DNA of 64,000 bases from Myxococcales bacterium (GCA_045863395.1 BTVJ01000010.1:64001-128000), one strand, 5' to 3'; shown: positions 9,094-19,296, counted from the stretch's first letter. Numbers and translations are program-made. Notes: a model not told the origin generated them from the sequence alone.

Positions 9094-10482
9094 ATGCTCT
9101 GGACCGTGATTCGCGTCGAGTGGCGCAACCTGGCCGGGGAGCGGGCCGTGTGGGCGGTCGTCGCGCTCTTCGCCGCGCTGGTGGCCTGGGCCGCCATCAC
9201 GGGGGGCCGGGACGCCCACGCCCGCCAGGAGGCGGCGCAGGCAGCCCTGACGGAGGAACAGGATCGGCTCGCGCGCCTGCGCGCGGAGGCTTCGGCCCCC
9301 GGCCAGGCGACGGACCCCCACATGGTCGGTCGCGAGCTGGGCCGCCGCACGGCCATCCTCTCCGAGGGGCCCCTCGCGTCGGTGGTCGGTGGCCGAGAGC
9401 CCCACGTCGTCGTTGTCTCCACGGAGAGCCGCGCCACCACCAGCGAGGCGGAGCTGGGGAGCCCGATCCGCCAGGTGGCGGGCGCCTTCGACCTGACCTT
9501 CGTGTTCGTCACGTTGCTGCCGCTGGTGGTGGTGGCCCTGACCTTCGACCTCCTCGCGGGGGAACGGGAGCGCGGCACCCTGGCGCTGGTCCTCGCCCAG
9601 CCGGTGTCGCTGACCACCTTCGCCCTGGGCAAGGCGCTCCAGCGCGCGCTCCTGCTTCTCGGGGTGGTCATGGCCGCGGCGCTGGCCGGGCCGGCCCTCG
9701 CGGGGGGCGAGCTCTTCGCCGACGGCGGCCTGCGCACGACCCTCTACGCGGCCCTGCTCGTCGCGTACACCGCCTTCTGGTTTGCGGCGGCCCTGGCGGT
9801 CAACGCCTGGGGCCAGAGCTCCGCGGGAAACGCCCTGGCGCTCGTCGCCCTCTGGCTTGGCCTCGTGGTCGTGGTGCCGGGACTGGTCGCTGTGGTCGTG
9901 GACGCAGTGTATCCCCCCCCCTCCCGGGTGGAGCTGGTCAACATGGCCCGCGCCGCCGCCGCCGAGGCGGAGGACGAGGCGAGCACCATCGAGGGAGACC
10001 ACGGCGCGCCCAAGGGCGAGACCCTCGGCGACCGCTACCGGACGACCGTGAAGCGATCCCTGGCCGTGCAGGAGGAGCTGGAGCGGCGCGTGGAGCCCGT
10101 GGTCGCCGCCTTCCGGGAGCAGCTCGACCACCAGCAGTCCCTGGTCAACCGCCTGCGCTTCCTGTCGCCGGCCATCGTGCTGCACGAGGGCCTGCACGAC
10201 GTGGCGGGGACGGGCGTGGAGCGCCGCTCGGGCTTCCACGGCCAGGTCGAGGACTTCCATGGCGCGTGGCGCGCCTTCTTCCACGAGCGCGCGTTGAGCG
10301 GGGCGCCCCTGGCGCCGGCCGACTACGACGCCCTCCCCGCCTTCCGCCACGTCGAGGAGCCGACGGGAGACCTGACGCGGCGCGTCGGCGCCGGGGTCGC
10401 CGGCCTGCTGGTCCCTGCTCTCGCCCTGCTCGGCGCCGCGGTGCTGGGCCTGCGCCGCCCCGAGGCGGCCGGCATCCGCTGA
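9094..10482 (+). CDS. ABC-2 type permease (DUF3526-like), second subunit
   Basis: FDLTFVFVTLLPL...ERERGTL; transmembrane segments; paralogous layout to the upstream permease. Confidence 0.85.
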   Translation: MLWTVIRVEWRNLAGERAVWAVVALFAALVAWAAITGGRDAHARQEAAQAALTEEQDRLARLRAEASAPGQATDPHMVGRELGRRTAILSEGPLASVVGGREPHVVVVSTESRATTSEAELGSPIRQVAGAFDLTFVFVTLLPLVVVALTFDLLAGERERGTLALVLAQPVSLTTFALGKALQRALLLLGVVMAAALAGPALAGGELFADGGLRTTLYAALLVAYTAFWFAAALAVNAWGQSSAGNALALVALWLGLVVVVPGLVAVVVDAVYPPPSRVELVNMARAAAAEAEDEASTIEGDHGAPKGETLGDRYRTTVKRSLAVQEELERRVEPVVAAFREQLDHQQSLVNRLRFLSPAIVLHEGLHDVAGTGVERRSGFHGQVEDFHGAWRAFFHERALSGAPLAPADYDALPAFRHVEEPTGDLTRRVGAGVAGLLVPALALLGAAVLGLRRPEAAGIR

Positions 10483-10485
10483 GAC

Positions 10486-11196
10486 CTACTGCACGATGGC
10501 GATGAGCTCCACGTCGAACACCAGCATTCCCTGAGGTCGCCCGGCCTGCCCAGCATACGCGAGGTTCTCGGGGATCCAGAACCGCCGCTCCTCGCCCTCC
10601 ACCATGAGCTGGAGCCCCTCCGTCCAGCCGGCGATCACCCGGTTGAGCGGGAACTGGGCGGGCTGCCCGCGGGAGACCGAGCTGTCGAAGGAGCGCCCGT
10701 CGGTGGTCCAGCCCGTGTAGTGGACCCGCACCAGGCTCGTGGGCCCGGGCTTGCGCTGCCCGCTGCCGGGTGTAAGCACCTTGCTCGCCAGCCCGCTGGG
10801 CGTCCGCTCGGCGTCCGCAGGGGGGGCTGCCACGTCGGCGGGTGCAGGGGGGGCCTCCTTGGGCACGACCCCGCCCACCATGCGCGTGGCCCCCATCTCG
10901 GCCATGATCTGCGCGTAGGAGGCCACGCGGCCGTCCTGGTGGTGGCAGTGGTTCCGGTGACAGTTGAAGTAGCCAGCGGGGGGGTTCGCCGGGTCGAACA
11001 CGATCTCCTTCGCGGCCTGCGCCGCCACGAGGGCCGGGTCGACGGACTGCTCCCCGGGCGTGGACGGCGCCGGGGTGGGCGCTGCCTCGGGCGCCGCCAC
11101 GGGCGCCGGGGGCGGGGCGTCCTTCTTCGCCGGGGGCGGCGTGCCCTTGCACGCCCCGAACACGACCATGACTGCTACCGCTACCCAGATCCGCAT
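10486..11196 (-). CDS. FKBP-type peptidyl-prolyl isomerase, lipoprotein
   Basis: VRVHYTGWTTDGRSFDSS...VIAGWTEGLQLM...LVFDVELI; N-terminal lipobox FGAC. Confidence 0.93.
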   Translation of the reverse strand: MRIWVAVAVMVVFGACKGTPPPAKKDAPPPAPVAAPEAAPTPAPSTPGEQSVDPALVAAQAAKEIVFDPANPPAGYFNCHRNHCHHQDGRVASYAQIMAEMGATRMVGGVVPKEAPPAPADVAAPPADAERTPSGLASKVLTPGSGQRKPGPTSLVRVHYTGWTTDGRSFDSSVSRGQPAQFPLNRVIAGWTEGLQLMVEGEERRFWIPENLAYAGQAGRPQGMLVFDVELIAIVQ

Positions 11197-11352
11197 CGCC
11201 TCCTCCTGTGGCTCTGTCGAGAGGGGCGATCCAATACACGAACCCGTGGGCCAGGAAAAGCAAAACCGGCGCTGGAACCCGCCGTGCGCCCCGGCTCATG
11301 GATGCCTGGCCCACCCGCGGGGTTCGCGGGCAGCGCCTTCAAGGAGCGCGGC

Positions 11353-12435
11353 TCAGACGGCTCCCCGCGCCAGCGTCGCCAGCTCCGCCGCGCCGAAGGT
11401 GACCGCCTCGCGGGGGACGCGGCGCCAGTCGAACGCGGCGACCAGCTCCGGCAGGTGGGGAGAGTCGAGGCCCACGGAGCGGGCCAGCCACAGGCGGAGA
11501 CGCTCCGCCTGGACGCCCGCCTCGCGGAGCGCGGCGACGTGGAGAGACCGGTTGCGCTTGGCGAGGCGCCGGCCGTCGTCGCCGAACACCAGGGGGACGT
11601 GGACCCAGGCGGGCGGCTCCCAGGTGGCGGCTCGCTCCCACAGCGCCTCCAGCTCGGGATCCTCCTGCGAGCGCCGCCCTCCGCCACCCCGGCGCGCCGC
11701 GACGTCCCGCAGCGCACCATACACGGCGAGCTGCTGCGCCGTCGCGTCCAGCAGGTCGTCGCCGCGCACGACCTCGGTGACGCCCATGGCCACGTCGTCG
11801 ACGACGGCGGCGAGCATGTAGGCGAAGCCCCCGTCCTTGCGGCGGACGACGATGTCCCCCGAGTGGTGCGGCAGGGAGACGGTCCGCGCCCCCCGCAGCC
11901 GATCCTCGAAGGTCACGACCCCATCGGGCACGCGCAGGCGCCACGCCACGCCGAGCGCAGCGCGCCCCGCAGCCTGGGCCCGGCTCGCCTCCACCGCGAG
12001 CGCGTCCTCCTCTGCGTCGAACGCCCCCCGACACAGGCCCGGGTATGGAGTCCCCTGATCCTCCGCGTGGGGGGCGGTCGCGGCTGCCTCGATGTCCTTG
12101 CGGGTGCAGACACACGGGTAGGCGAGCCCGGCGCGCTCCATGGCCCGGAGCACGCCCTCATACACCCCTGACCGCCCGCTCTGGCGCACGCTTCGCGCCC
12201 CCCACGCGGGGTCCCACGCACCCGCGAGGAGCGGCGCCTCATCCCAGTCGAGCCCCAGCCACCGCAGGTCGGCGACCAGGGCGTCCACGTGGTCCTCCCC
12301 GGGGAGCAGGTCCTCGATGCGCAGGAAGATGCGACCGCCGACGGCCCGGGCCGACAGCCACGCGAGCAGGAGGGACCGGGCGTTGCCCACGTGCAGGAGC
12401 CCGGTCGGGCTGGGCGCGAGCCGCCCGACCACCAA
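11353..12435 (-). CDS. gluQ: Glutamyl-Q tRNA(Asp) synthetase / truncated GluRS paralog
   Basis: RLAPSPTGLLHVGN (HIGH), CVCTR...YPGLC Zn site, VVRGDDL, LAKR; no anticodon-binding domain. Confidence 0.85.
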   Translation of the reverse strand: MVVGRLAPSPTGLLHVGNARSLLLAWLSARAVGGRIFLRIEDLLPGEDHVDALVADLRWLGLDWDEAPLLAGAWDPAWGARSVRQSGRSGVYEGVLRAMERAGLAYPCVCTRKDIEAAATAPHAEDQGTPYPGLCRGAFDAEEDALAVEASRAQAAGRAALGVAWRLRVPDGVVTFEDRLRGARTVSLPHHSGDIVVRRKDGGFAYMLAAVVDDVAMGVTEVVRGDDLLDATAQQLAVYGALRDVAARRGGGGRRSQEDPELEALWERAATWEPPAWVHVPLVFGDDGRRLAKRNRSLHVAALREAGVQAERLRLWLARSVGLDSPHLPELVAAFDWRRVPREAVTFGAAELATLARGAV

Positions 12436-12438
12436 GAG

Positions 12439-14067
12439 CTACTCCCCCATGTGCGGGTAGCGCCACCCGACGGGCGACACCAGGGTCTCCTTGATGACCC
12501 GCGGCGACGCCCACCGCAGCAGGTTCAGGGCGCTCCCGGCCTTGTCGTTGGTCCCGCTCTTCCGTCCGCCCCCAAAGGGCTGCTGCCCCACGACCGCCCC
12601 CGTCGGCTTGTCGTTGACGTAGAAGTTTCCTGCCGCGTGCCGCAGGCGCGCTGTCGCCTCAGCCACCGCCGCACGGTCCCGGGCGAGGATCGATCCCGTC
12701 AGCCCGTAGGGAGTACTCTCGTCCACGAGGCGCAGGACCGCCCCCCACTCGTGGTCGTCGTAGGGCAGCACGGTCAGCACGGGCCCGAAGATCTCCTCCA
12801 CCATGGTCTTGAAGGTCGGGTTGCTGGTCTCGATGAGCGTCGGCGCCACGAACCACCCCTCCCTGTCGTCGCACCCGCCTCCCGCGACGATGGTCGCGTC
12901 GGCGGCCTCCCGCGCGAAGTCGATGTACCGCTTGATCTTGCGGAAGGCGCGCTCGTCGATGACCGCCCCCATGAAGTTGCGGAGGTCGCGCACATCCCCC
13001 ATGGTGATCCGGTCCATCTCTCCGACCAGGCGCTCCCGCACCGCCGGCCACAGGCTCCGGGGCACGTAGGCGCGGCTGGCGGCGCTGCACTTCTGGCCCT
13101 GGAACTCGAAGGCCCCGCGCAAGAGCGCCACCACCACGGCGTCCACGTCGGCGCTGCGGTGCACCAGCACGAAGTCCTTGCCGCCGGTCTCGCCGACGAG
13201 GCGTGGGTAGCTGCGATAGGCGGCGACGTTCTCACCCACCGTTCGCCAGATGTGCTCGAAGGTGGCCGTGCTGCCCGTGAAGTGCACCCCCGCGAGCTCC
13301 GGGTGCGACAGGGCCGCCGCCCCGATGGTCGGCCCGTCTCCGGGCACGAAGTTGATGACCCCCTCGGGGAGCCCCGCCTCGTGCAACAGCCGCAGCACCT
13401 GCCACGCGGCGTAGGTGCCGGTCTCCGCGGGCTTCCACACGACCGTGCAGCCCATCAGCGCGGGCGCCGTGGGCAGGTTGCCGGCGATGGCGGTGAAGTT
13501 GAAGGGCGTGACGGCAAAGACGAACCCCTCCAGGCCCCGCATCTCCATGCGGTTCCAGAAGCCCGGGGGGCTCAGGGGCTGCCCCACCGCCAATTCCCGC
13601 GCAAAGTAGGCGTTGTAGCGCCAGAAGTCGGCCAGCTCGCACGCGGCATCGATCTCCGCCTGGAAGGCGGTCTTGGACTGGCCGAGCATCGTCGCGGCGT
13701 TCAGCGTGTCGCGCCACGGCCCGCTCAGCAGGTCCGCCGCCCGCAGGAACACGGCCGCCCGCTCCTCCCAGGGCAGCGCCTCCCAGGCCGGGCGCGCCTC
13801 CAGGGCCGCTTTGATGGCCATGCCGACGTGCTCCTCGCCCGCCTGGTGGAACACCCCGAGCCGGTGCGCGCGCCGATGGGGCATGCGCAGCTCACCGGTC
13901 TGTGCCGTGTGGATGGCGCGCCCCCCGACGATCAGCGGCACCTCCACCTCGCCCGAGGACAGCTCGTCGAGGCGCCACTCCAGAGACGCCCGCTCGGGCG
14001 ACCCCGGCGCGTAGGAGCGCACGGGCTCATTGTACGGTTGCGGTGGCTGGGTGACGGCGATGCTCAT
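12439..14067 (-). CDS. pruA: L-glutamate gamma-semialdehyde (P5C) dehydrogenase
   Basis: NEPVRSYAPGSPER, PFNFTAI, FTGST, ETGGKDF, GQKCSAASR, EEIFGP, QQPFGGGRKSGTNDKAG. Confidence 0.95.
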   Translation of the reverse strand: MSIAVTQPPQPYNEPVRSYAPGSPERASLEWRLDELSSGEVEVPLIVGGRAIHTAQTGELRMPHRRAHRLGVFHQAGEEHVGMAIKAALEARPAWEALPWEERAAVFLRAADLLSGPWRDTLNAATMLGQSKTAFQAEIDAACELADFWRYNAYFARELAVGQPLSPPGFWNRMEMRGLEGFVFAVTPFNFTAIAGNLPTAPALMGCTVVWKPAETGTYAAWQVLRLLHEAGLPEGVINFVPGDGPTIGAAALSHPELAGVHFTGSTATFEHIWRTVGENVAAYRSYPRLVGETGGKDFVLVHRSADVDAVVVALLRGAFEFQGQKCSAASRAYVPRSLWPAVRERLVGEMDRITMGDVRDLRNFMGAVIDERAFRKIKRYIDFAREAADATIVAGGGCDDREGWFVAPTLIETSNPTFKTMVEEIFGPVLTVLPYDDHEWGAVLRLVDESTPYGLTGSILARDRAAVAEATARLRHAAGNFYVNDKPTGAVVGQQPFGGGRKSGTNDKAGSALNLLRWASPRVIKETLVSPVGWRYPHMGE

Positions 14068-14102
14068 GGTGGTCCTCCAATCCCCCGGAAGTGGGCGCAG
14101 TC

Positions 14103-14696
14103 TCAGCGCGCCTTATCGCACGCCCCGGGGGCTACGAACAAGTCGAGGGACTCCCCCCGCTTGAGCGGGTAGCCGGTCGCCGCCAGCTCGCGCAGGTCCG
14201 CCACGGGCGCCCCCCACGCGAGGCGCGGGTCCGCTATGACCTTGACCGGGACGTCGAACTTCGGGTCCTTGTGGTGGTCGCGCAAGCCCACGCGGTGGGG
14301 CGCGCCATCACTCCAGGGGGCGGGGAGCCGCAGGGTGAGCGTGATGCCCAGCTCGGCGCCCGAGTCCGTGGTGTCGTCGCCGCCCAGCAGGACCGCGTTC
14401 CCCGCCGGCAGCGCCACGGACTCGTGGTCCACCTCCAGGCGCAACGTGAACAGCGCGACGTCCACGAGGCTCGCCCGCAGGCGGTCTCTCTCGTCGTCGG
14501 AGAGGGCGCCGTCGCCGTCCGCGTCGAAGCGCTGCCGGGCCTCCATGGAGTCGTCCCCCGCCTGGAGCGAGTAGAACACGACCACCTGGAGCGTGGTGCA
14601 GCCGGCGCGCACGGTCAGGAGCTTCGGGTGCTCGGCGGTGTGGGCCAGCGCTGCCGCCGACCAGAGGCACCCGACAACCCCAACCCAAGCCCTCAT
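14103..14696 (-). CDS. Secreted hypothetical protein with EF-hand-like loop
   Basis: Signal peptide MRAWVGVVGCLWSAAALAH; DADGDGALSDDE loop; ATGA overlap with the upstream gene. Confidence 0.7.
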   Translation of the reverse strand: MRAWVGVVGCLWSAAALAHTAEHPKLLTVRAGCTTLQVVVFYSLQAGDDSMEARQRFDADGDGALSDDERDRLRASLVDVALFTLRLEVDHESVALPAGNAVLLGGDDTTDSGAELGITLTLRLPAPWSDGAPHRVGLRDHHKDPKFDVPVKVIADPRLAWGAPVADLRELAATGYPLKRGESLDLFVAPGACDKAR

Positions 14697-17473
14697 GGCG
14701 CCGTGACGTAGACCGGGTTGGTGTATCCGAAGGACCCGCCCCCGAAGACGCCGCTCGACGTGCCGCTCCCCCGCGCCACGAACACGTACCAGCGGGGAGC
14801 ACCGGGCGGAACGTTCAACACCCGCTTCAGCCGCACGGGCTCCTCCGAGGGCGGAACGGCCACCCACAGCTCGCCCTCGGGGTCTGGCACCAGGGCGCCG
14901 TCCTCGTCGGTCCCGAGGCGTAGCGGGCGCCCGTCCTCGTAGACCTCGAGGCGCGCCACGTCCACCCACGGCGGCGCCTGCACCGTGACCTCCAGGGCCG
15001 CCCCCTCCTCGCCGTCGACCGGCTCCTGGTGGCCCATGCGCTCGACCCCGTCCGCCCGCACGGTCACGAAGATGCCCCCGCTGACCACCGCCCGCTGCCC
15101 TCGAATCGCGTCGATGACCATCTGGTCGGTGACCTGCGCCGGGTCGTCCGTGCCCACCCGCAGCAGGGTGCGCGGGTAGCCGGCCCGGTCCGTCCAGTCG
15201 TGCGAGTCCGAGTTGCCCATGCCCGCGATGGTGTGTCCCGCCTGGAGCAGCCCGAACCAGTCGCGCAGCCCGGGCACCTTCTCGCTGCCCGCAGCGCCGT
15301 TGGACGCCATCTTCGCGTCTGCCGCGGGCAGGTAGTCCTCGACGACGCCCAGCTCGTTGTTGACCTCCACGGCGTCGATGCCCTCCGCGAGCGTCCGCCC
15401 TGACACCGTCGCCACTCCGGCCACCGGATCGAAGCCGAGCCACGCCAGGTAGCCCATGGCCTGGGAGCGCGGGTGGTTCACCTGGAACACCGCCCCCGGC
15501 GACACCTCCTCCACGTGGTCCCGCAGCTCCTGGACCGTGCGCCCCGCCCAGAGCTTGGCGCCGATGAGGGGGTACGGGTCCTCGAGCACCGGCAGGGGGT
15601 AGGCGTTGAAGTGGCCGAGCCCGTTCACGCTGATCTCGTTGCCCGCCATGGTGTGGAGCCGCCCGCCGAGCCCGAGCGCCGTCGCCACCGGCGCGTAGTC
15701 CGTCACGTTGTCGTGGTCGGTCGACGCCGCCACCTCCACGCCCTCCGCCGCGAGCTGGGTGAGCTTCTCCGCCACGAGCATGTCCGCGTCCAGGCTGCCG
15801 GTACAGTGCAGGTGGAAGTCGCCGGCCACCCACCCCGTGGTGTCCACCACCCGGTCCACCGTCGCGCTCACTATCGTCGTCGCGGCCTCCTCGATGACCA
15901 CCTGCTCGGTGTGGAGCGTGTACTCCGGCCCCCGCGTCACGGTCACCTTCCACGTGCCAGGCTCGACGGGCCACGTCCCCGATCCATCCAGGGAGAGCAG
16001 AGACCGGGGACCGTTGGTGCGCGCGCGCTTGCCGAGGCGCGGGTCCGTGGCGGGAACGTCCACCGCCTGCAGCACGATCCGCGCGGGCCCGCCCGCCTCC
16101 AGCCCCAGGAAGCCCGGCGCGGCGATCTCCAGGTCGACGACGACGGTCTCCCCGACCTCGACCACCAGAGGCGCGGGCACCTCCGCCGCGTCCGGCCGCC
16201 CCGCCCCCGAGGCGACGAGCCCGTAGGCCACCCCGGGCTGGAGCGTCATCCGCCAGCTCCCGTCCTCCGCCGTCCGCGCCTGGTTGTAAGCGTGGCCGTC
16301 CACCATGGCCGTCACGAGGCCACCCGCCACCGGCGCCGCGGTCCCCTTCTCACGCAGGGCCCCCTCCAGCACCCACGCCGGCTCCCCGCGGACCTGGTCC
16401 AGCACCTCCATGACGCTCGCCACGTCCCCGGTCCCCACCACGAACCACCGCTCGAAGCCGTCCGTACCGCCAACAGGCAGGTCGAGCCCCGTCTCGTACA
16501 GGGCCCCCGTCCCGCTGGCGTCCACCAGGGGCAGGAGGAAGCTGCCGCTCGGGCGGGCGTACCCGTAGCTCACCCCGTCACCGACGGCCACGAGGCGTGT
16601 GACGAGCCCGGCGTCGGGGCTGCTGAAGCCCGACTCGGCATAGAAGAGCTGGAGCAGCTTCCCAAACGAGAGCAGGTCCCCCACGACGATGTCCTTCCAG
16701 CCCTTCTGCGTGTCGTTGACGACCGTGGTGCGCAGGAGCGCCCCCTGGATGCCCGGCCTCACGATGGTGTCCGAGTGGATGGTGAACCCGTAGGCCCCCC
16801 CCACCAGCGAGTCCAGGATGTCGATGATCCGCGACTTCTCGTCCGTGCCGGTCACCCGCAGCGCCGCCTCCACGCCGTCCGAGCCGTCGGCGAGCACCGT
16901 GACGGACTCCGCCGTCGGCACCCGGAAGCCCACCAGGCTGAACAGCTCCCGGAAGCGGTCGTTGCCGGGCTCGCCTTCGCCCCGCACCAGATCCGCATCG
17001 ATGAGGTTGCCGCCGTAGAGGTTGAGCCCCGCCGACACCCCGGAGTCCTGGATCAGGAACCGCGCCAGGTCGTTCTGGACGATCCACGCCCCGTCCACCC
17101 GCCCGTAGGCCGCCAGGCCGCCGATGAGCTGGTCCGCCGACGTCACCTTGAACACCTGGCCCGCGGGAGTCACCGGGCCGGCGTCCGCGTCGCCCCCCGC
17201 GTCCGCCGCTGCGTCCCCGCCCCCGCCGTCCGTGGCGCCTGCGTCGACCACGCTGGCGTCCCCAGTGGCGCCGTCGCCGACGTCGGTTGCTGCGTCGGAT
17301 GCGGCATCCGTGCCGGGACCAGCGTCCGTGACCACGTCCTGGGCCGCGTCCGCAGCGGCGTCCGCCCCTCCACCGCCCGCGCCACCGCCCGCGCCATCGC
17401 CCGCGCACGCCGCCAGCGCGACCGTCACGCCCAGACGCAGAGCCCCCGCCAGCACACCACCGGACCTCTTCAT
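14693..17473 (-). CDS. PHP-fold metallohydrolase lipoprotein (CehA/McbA-like)
   Basis: Lipobox LAAC and acidic linker; PHP motifs GDFHLHC, STDHDN, HFNAYP, QVNHPR, GNSDSH. Confidence 0.82.
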   Translation of the reverse strand: MKRSGGVLAGALRLGVTVALAACAGDGAGGGAGGGGADAAADAAQDVVTDAGPGTDAASDAATDVGDGATGDASVVDAGATDGGGGDAAADAGGDADAGPVTPAGQVFKVTSADQLIGGLAAYGRVDGAWIVQNDLARFLIQDSGVSAGLNLYGGNLIDADLVRGEGEPGNDRFRELFSLVGFRVPTAESVTVLADGSDGVEAALRVTGTDEKSRIIDILDSLVGGAYGFTIHSDTIVRPGIQGALLRTTVVNDTQKGWKDIVVGDLLSFGKLLQLFYAESGFSSPDAGLVTRLVAVGDGVSYGYARPSGSFLLPLVDASGTGALYETGLDLPVGGTDGFERWFVVGTGDVASVMEVLDQVRGEPAWVLEGALREKGTAAPVAGGLVTAMVDGHAYNQARTAEDGSWRMTLQPGVAYGLVASGAGRPDAAEVPAPLVVEVGETVVVDLEIAAPGFLGLEAGGPARIVLQAVDVPATDPRLGKRARTNGPRSLLSLDGSGTWPVEPGTWKVTVTRGPEYTLHTEQVVIEEAATTIVSATVDRVVDTTGWVAGDFHLHCTGSLDADMLVAEKLTQLAAEGVEVAASTDHDNVTDYAPVATALGLGGRLHTMAGNEISVNGLGHFNAYPLPVLEDPYPLIGAKLWAGRTVQELRDHVEEVSPGAVFQVNHPRSQAMGYLAWLGFDPVAGVATVSGRTLAEGIDAVEVNNELGVVEDYLPAADAKMASNGAAGSEKVPGLRDWFGLLQAGHTIAGMGNSDSHDWTDRAGYPRTLLRVGTDDPAQVTDQMVIDAIRGQRAVVSGGIFVTVRADGVERMGHQEPVDGEEGAALEVTVQAPPWVDVARLEVYEDGRPLRLGTDEDGALVPDPEGELWVAVPPSEEPVRLKRVLNVPPGAPRWYVFVARGSGTSSGVFGGGSFGYTNPVYVTAP

Positions 17474-19185
17474 GACGCTGCTCCTCCGGGAAATGGCTGG
17501 CCGAGCCAGGCTTGGAATCGGGCCCTGTGCTCTTCGGTGGCGTCGGCCCTCGGGGTCACCTTCACCTCGTCCGGCGGGCGCTGACCGAGGGTCACGGTCA
17601 CCGCCACCAGACGCTCGCGGCGCGCGACCGTCACCTCCACGACCTGCCCCGCCGCCGCGAGCTCCAGGCGCTTCTGGAGCCGGGCCGCGTCCACGCGCCA
17701 CCCGTCGACCGCGACGACCTCGTCGTCCACGTAGAGCCCGTCCCGCCACGCCGGCGAGCCCTCGGGGACACCCGCGACCACCAGCCGCCCCTCCCGCGTC
17801 GCCAGGTCGGCCCCGAGCCACGCCCCCTCGCCGTCGTCCTTCTTATGCCCGCGGGTCACCTGGAGCCCAAACCAAGCGAGGGCCTCGTCGATGGGCAGCT
17901 CGTCGGTGCCGTCCACCCACCGCGCAAGCAGCTCCGAGACGTCGACGCCCGTCGCCTCCGCGATGAGCGCCGGCAGCCGCCCCTCGTCGTAGCCGGGCTT
18001 GGGCGGCGCGGTGAGCGCGTACAGGTGGCGCAGCACGTCGTCCAGGCACCGCGCGCCCCCGGAGCGCTCCCGGAGCGCCTGGTCCAGCAGCAGGCAGATC
18101 AGCTCCCCCTTCAAGTAGTAGCTGATGGTGCTGTTGCGGCTGTGCTCGTCGCGGCGGTAGAGCTTCACCCACGCCGCCATGCTGGACTCGCCGGCGCTCA
18201 TGTGCAGGCGCCCCGGCGTGCTCTCGAGCGCCTTGATGGAGTCCCCCAGCTCCGCCAGCCAGGTCTTGACGCTCACCACCCCGGCGCGGACCGGAATGAC
18301 CCCGTCGTAATAGACCGTCCCGCCCTCGTGGAGCCACAGCGTGCGGGTGTACGCCTCGCCCCCATAGTCGAAGGGGCCGAGCACCGCCGGCCGGATGCGC
18401 TTGATGTTCCAGGCGTGGAAGTGCTCGTGGGCGACCAGCCGCAGGAACTCCTCCCAGCGCCTCTTGGGGGCGAAGTCGAGGGCGCCCCAGGCCAGCACAC
18501 AGGAGTCCAAGTGCTCCAGCCCGCCCCGCAGGCCCTGCATGGCGAGCAGGATGAACAGGTAGCGCTCATAGGGCACCCCGCCGAAGAGGGACGCCGCCTC
18601 CTCGACGATGCGCGGCACGTCCCGGAGCAGCGCCTCCCGGTCCAGCACCCCGTCGCCGGCCAGCACGAAGCGGTGGGGCGCCCCCGCCGCCGTGAACGTC
18701 AGCTCCTCGTGGGGTCCCACCTCGATGGGCGCGTCGACGAGCGTGTCGAAGTCGGCTGCGTGATAGGCATCCCCCACCTCGGGGAGCGGCGTGTAGACCC
18801 TCCACCCGGGCGGTGGCTCAACGGCGACCGTGTACGATCCTGGCCACCCCTCCACCTGCATGAACGTGGCCGCCGAGGCCACGAACGCGTGGCTGCCGTC
18901 CAAGTGGTTGGTCCTTACGCTCGGCTCGTTGGCGTAGACCCGCCAGGACACGCAGGTGACCTCTCCAGCGCACGCCACCTCCCAGGCGCGCTTGTCCAGC
19001 CGCCTCACGAACCCGTCCGCGACCACGTCCTGCACGTGCCGGCTGAACTCCCGCACGAGGTAGGACCCGGGGGTCCAGACGGGCATGGCGAGACGGACGG
19101 CCCCGGTAAACCCCCGAAGCTCCGCCCGGACATGAAGCAGGTGGGTGTGGGGCTCGGGCATGGACAGCACGTAGCGGACGGCCAT
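17470..19185 (-). CDS. M61 family glycyl aminopeptidase with PDZ domain
   Basis: MPVWTPGSYLVREF, GGLEH, HEHFHAWN (HExxH), ISYYLKG, C-terminal PDZ. Confidence 0.93.
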   Translation of the reverse strand: MAVRYVLSMPEPHTHLLHVRAELRGFTGAVRLAMPVWTPGSYLVREFSRHVQDVVADGFVRRLDKRAWEVACAGEVTCVSWRVYANEPSVRTNHLDGSHAFVASAATFMQVEGWPGSYTVAVEPPPGWRVYTPLPEVGDAYHAADFDTLVDAPIEVGPHEELTFTAAGAPHRFVLAGDGVLDREALLRDVPRIVEEAASLFGGVPYERYLFILLAMQGLRGGLEHLDSCVLAWGALDFAPKRRWEEFLRLVAHEHFHAWNIKRIRPAVLGPFDYGGEAYTRTLWLHEGGTVYYDGVIPVRAGVVSVKTWLAELGDSIKALESTPGRLHMSAGESSMAAWVKLYRRDEHSRNSTISYYLKGELICLLLDQALRERSGGARCLDDVLRHLYALTAPPKPGYDEGRLPALIAEATGVDVSELLARWVDGTDELPIDEALAWFGLQVTRGHKKDDGEGAWLGADLATREGRLVVAGVPEGSPAWRDGLYVDDEVVAVDGWRVDAARLQKRLELAAAGQVVEVTVARRERLVAVTVTLGQRPPDEVKVTPRADATEEHRARFQAWLGQPFPGGAAS

Positions 19186-19296
19186 GGACCACCTCGGCGG
19201 GGGTGTCGGTGCGGGTGCCTTTGCACCGGCAAGCGGCTCATGCTAACAACGTGGCCCCGCAGACCGCAAGGATGCTGGCACTCGCCACGGAGCCCC

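Noticed and set aside
19186..19296. yybP-ykoY (Mn2+) riboswitch upstream of the TerC gene
   Set aside because: The conserved GGGGAGUA-type core is not visible, and the spacer is short and shared with a divergent gene.
17512..19296. N-terminal extensions in ORF-track calls (907-aa TerC, 1053-aa Hsp33, 1179-aa VWA, 1102-aa Slt)
   Set aside because: The extensions overlap other real genes; internal starts with RBS or gene coupling fit family lengths.
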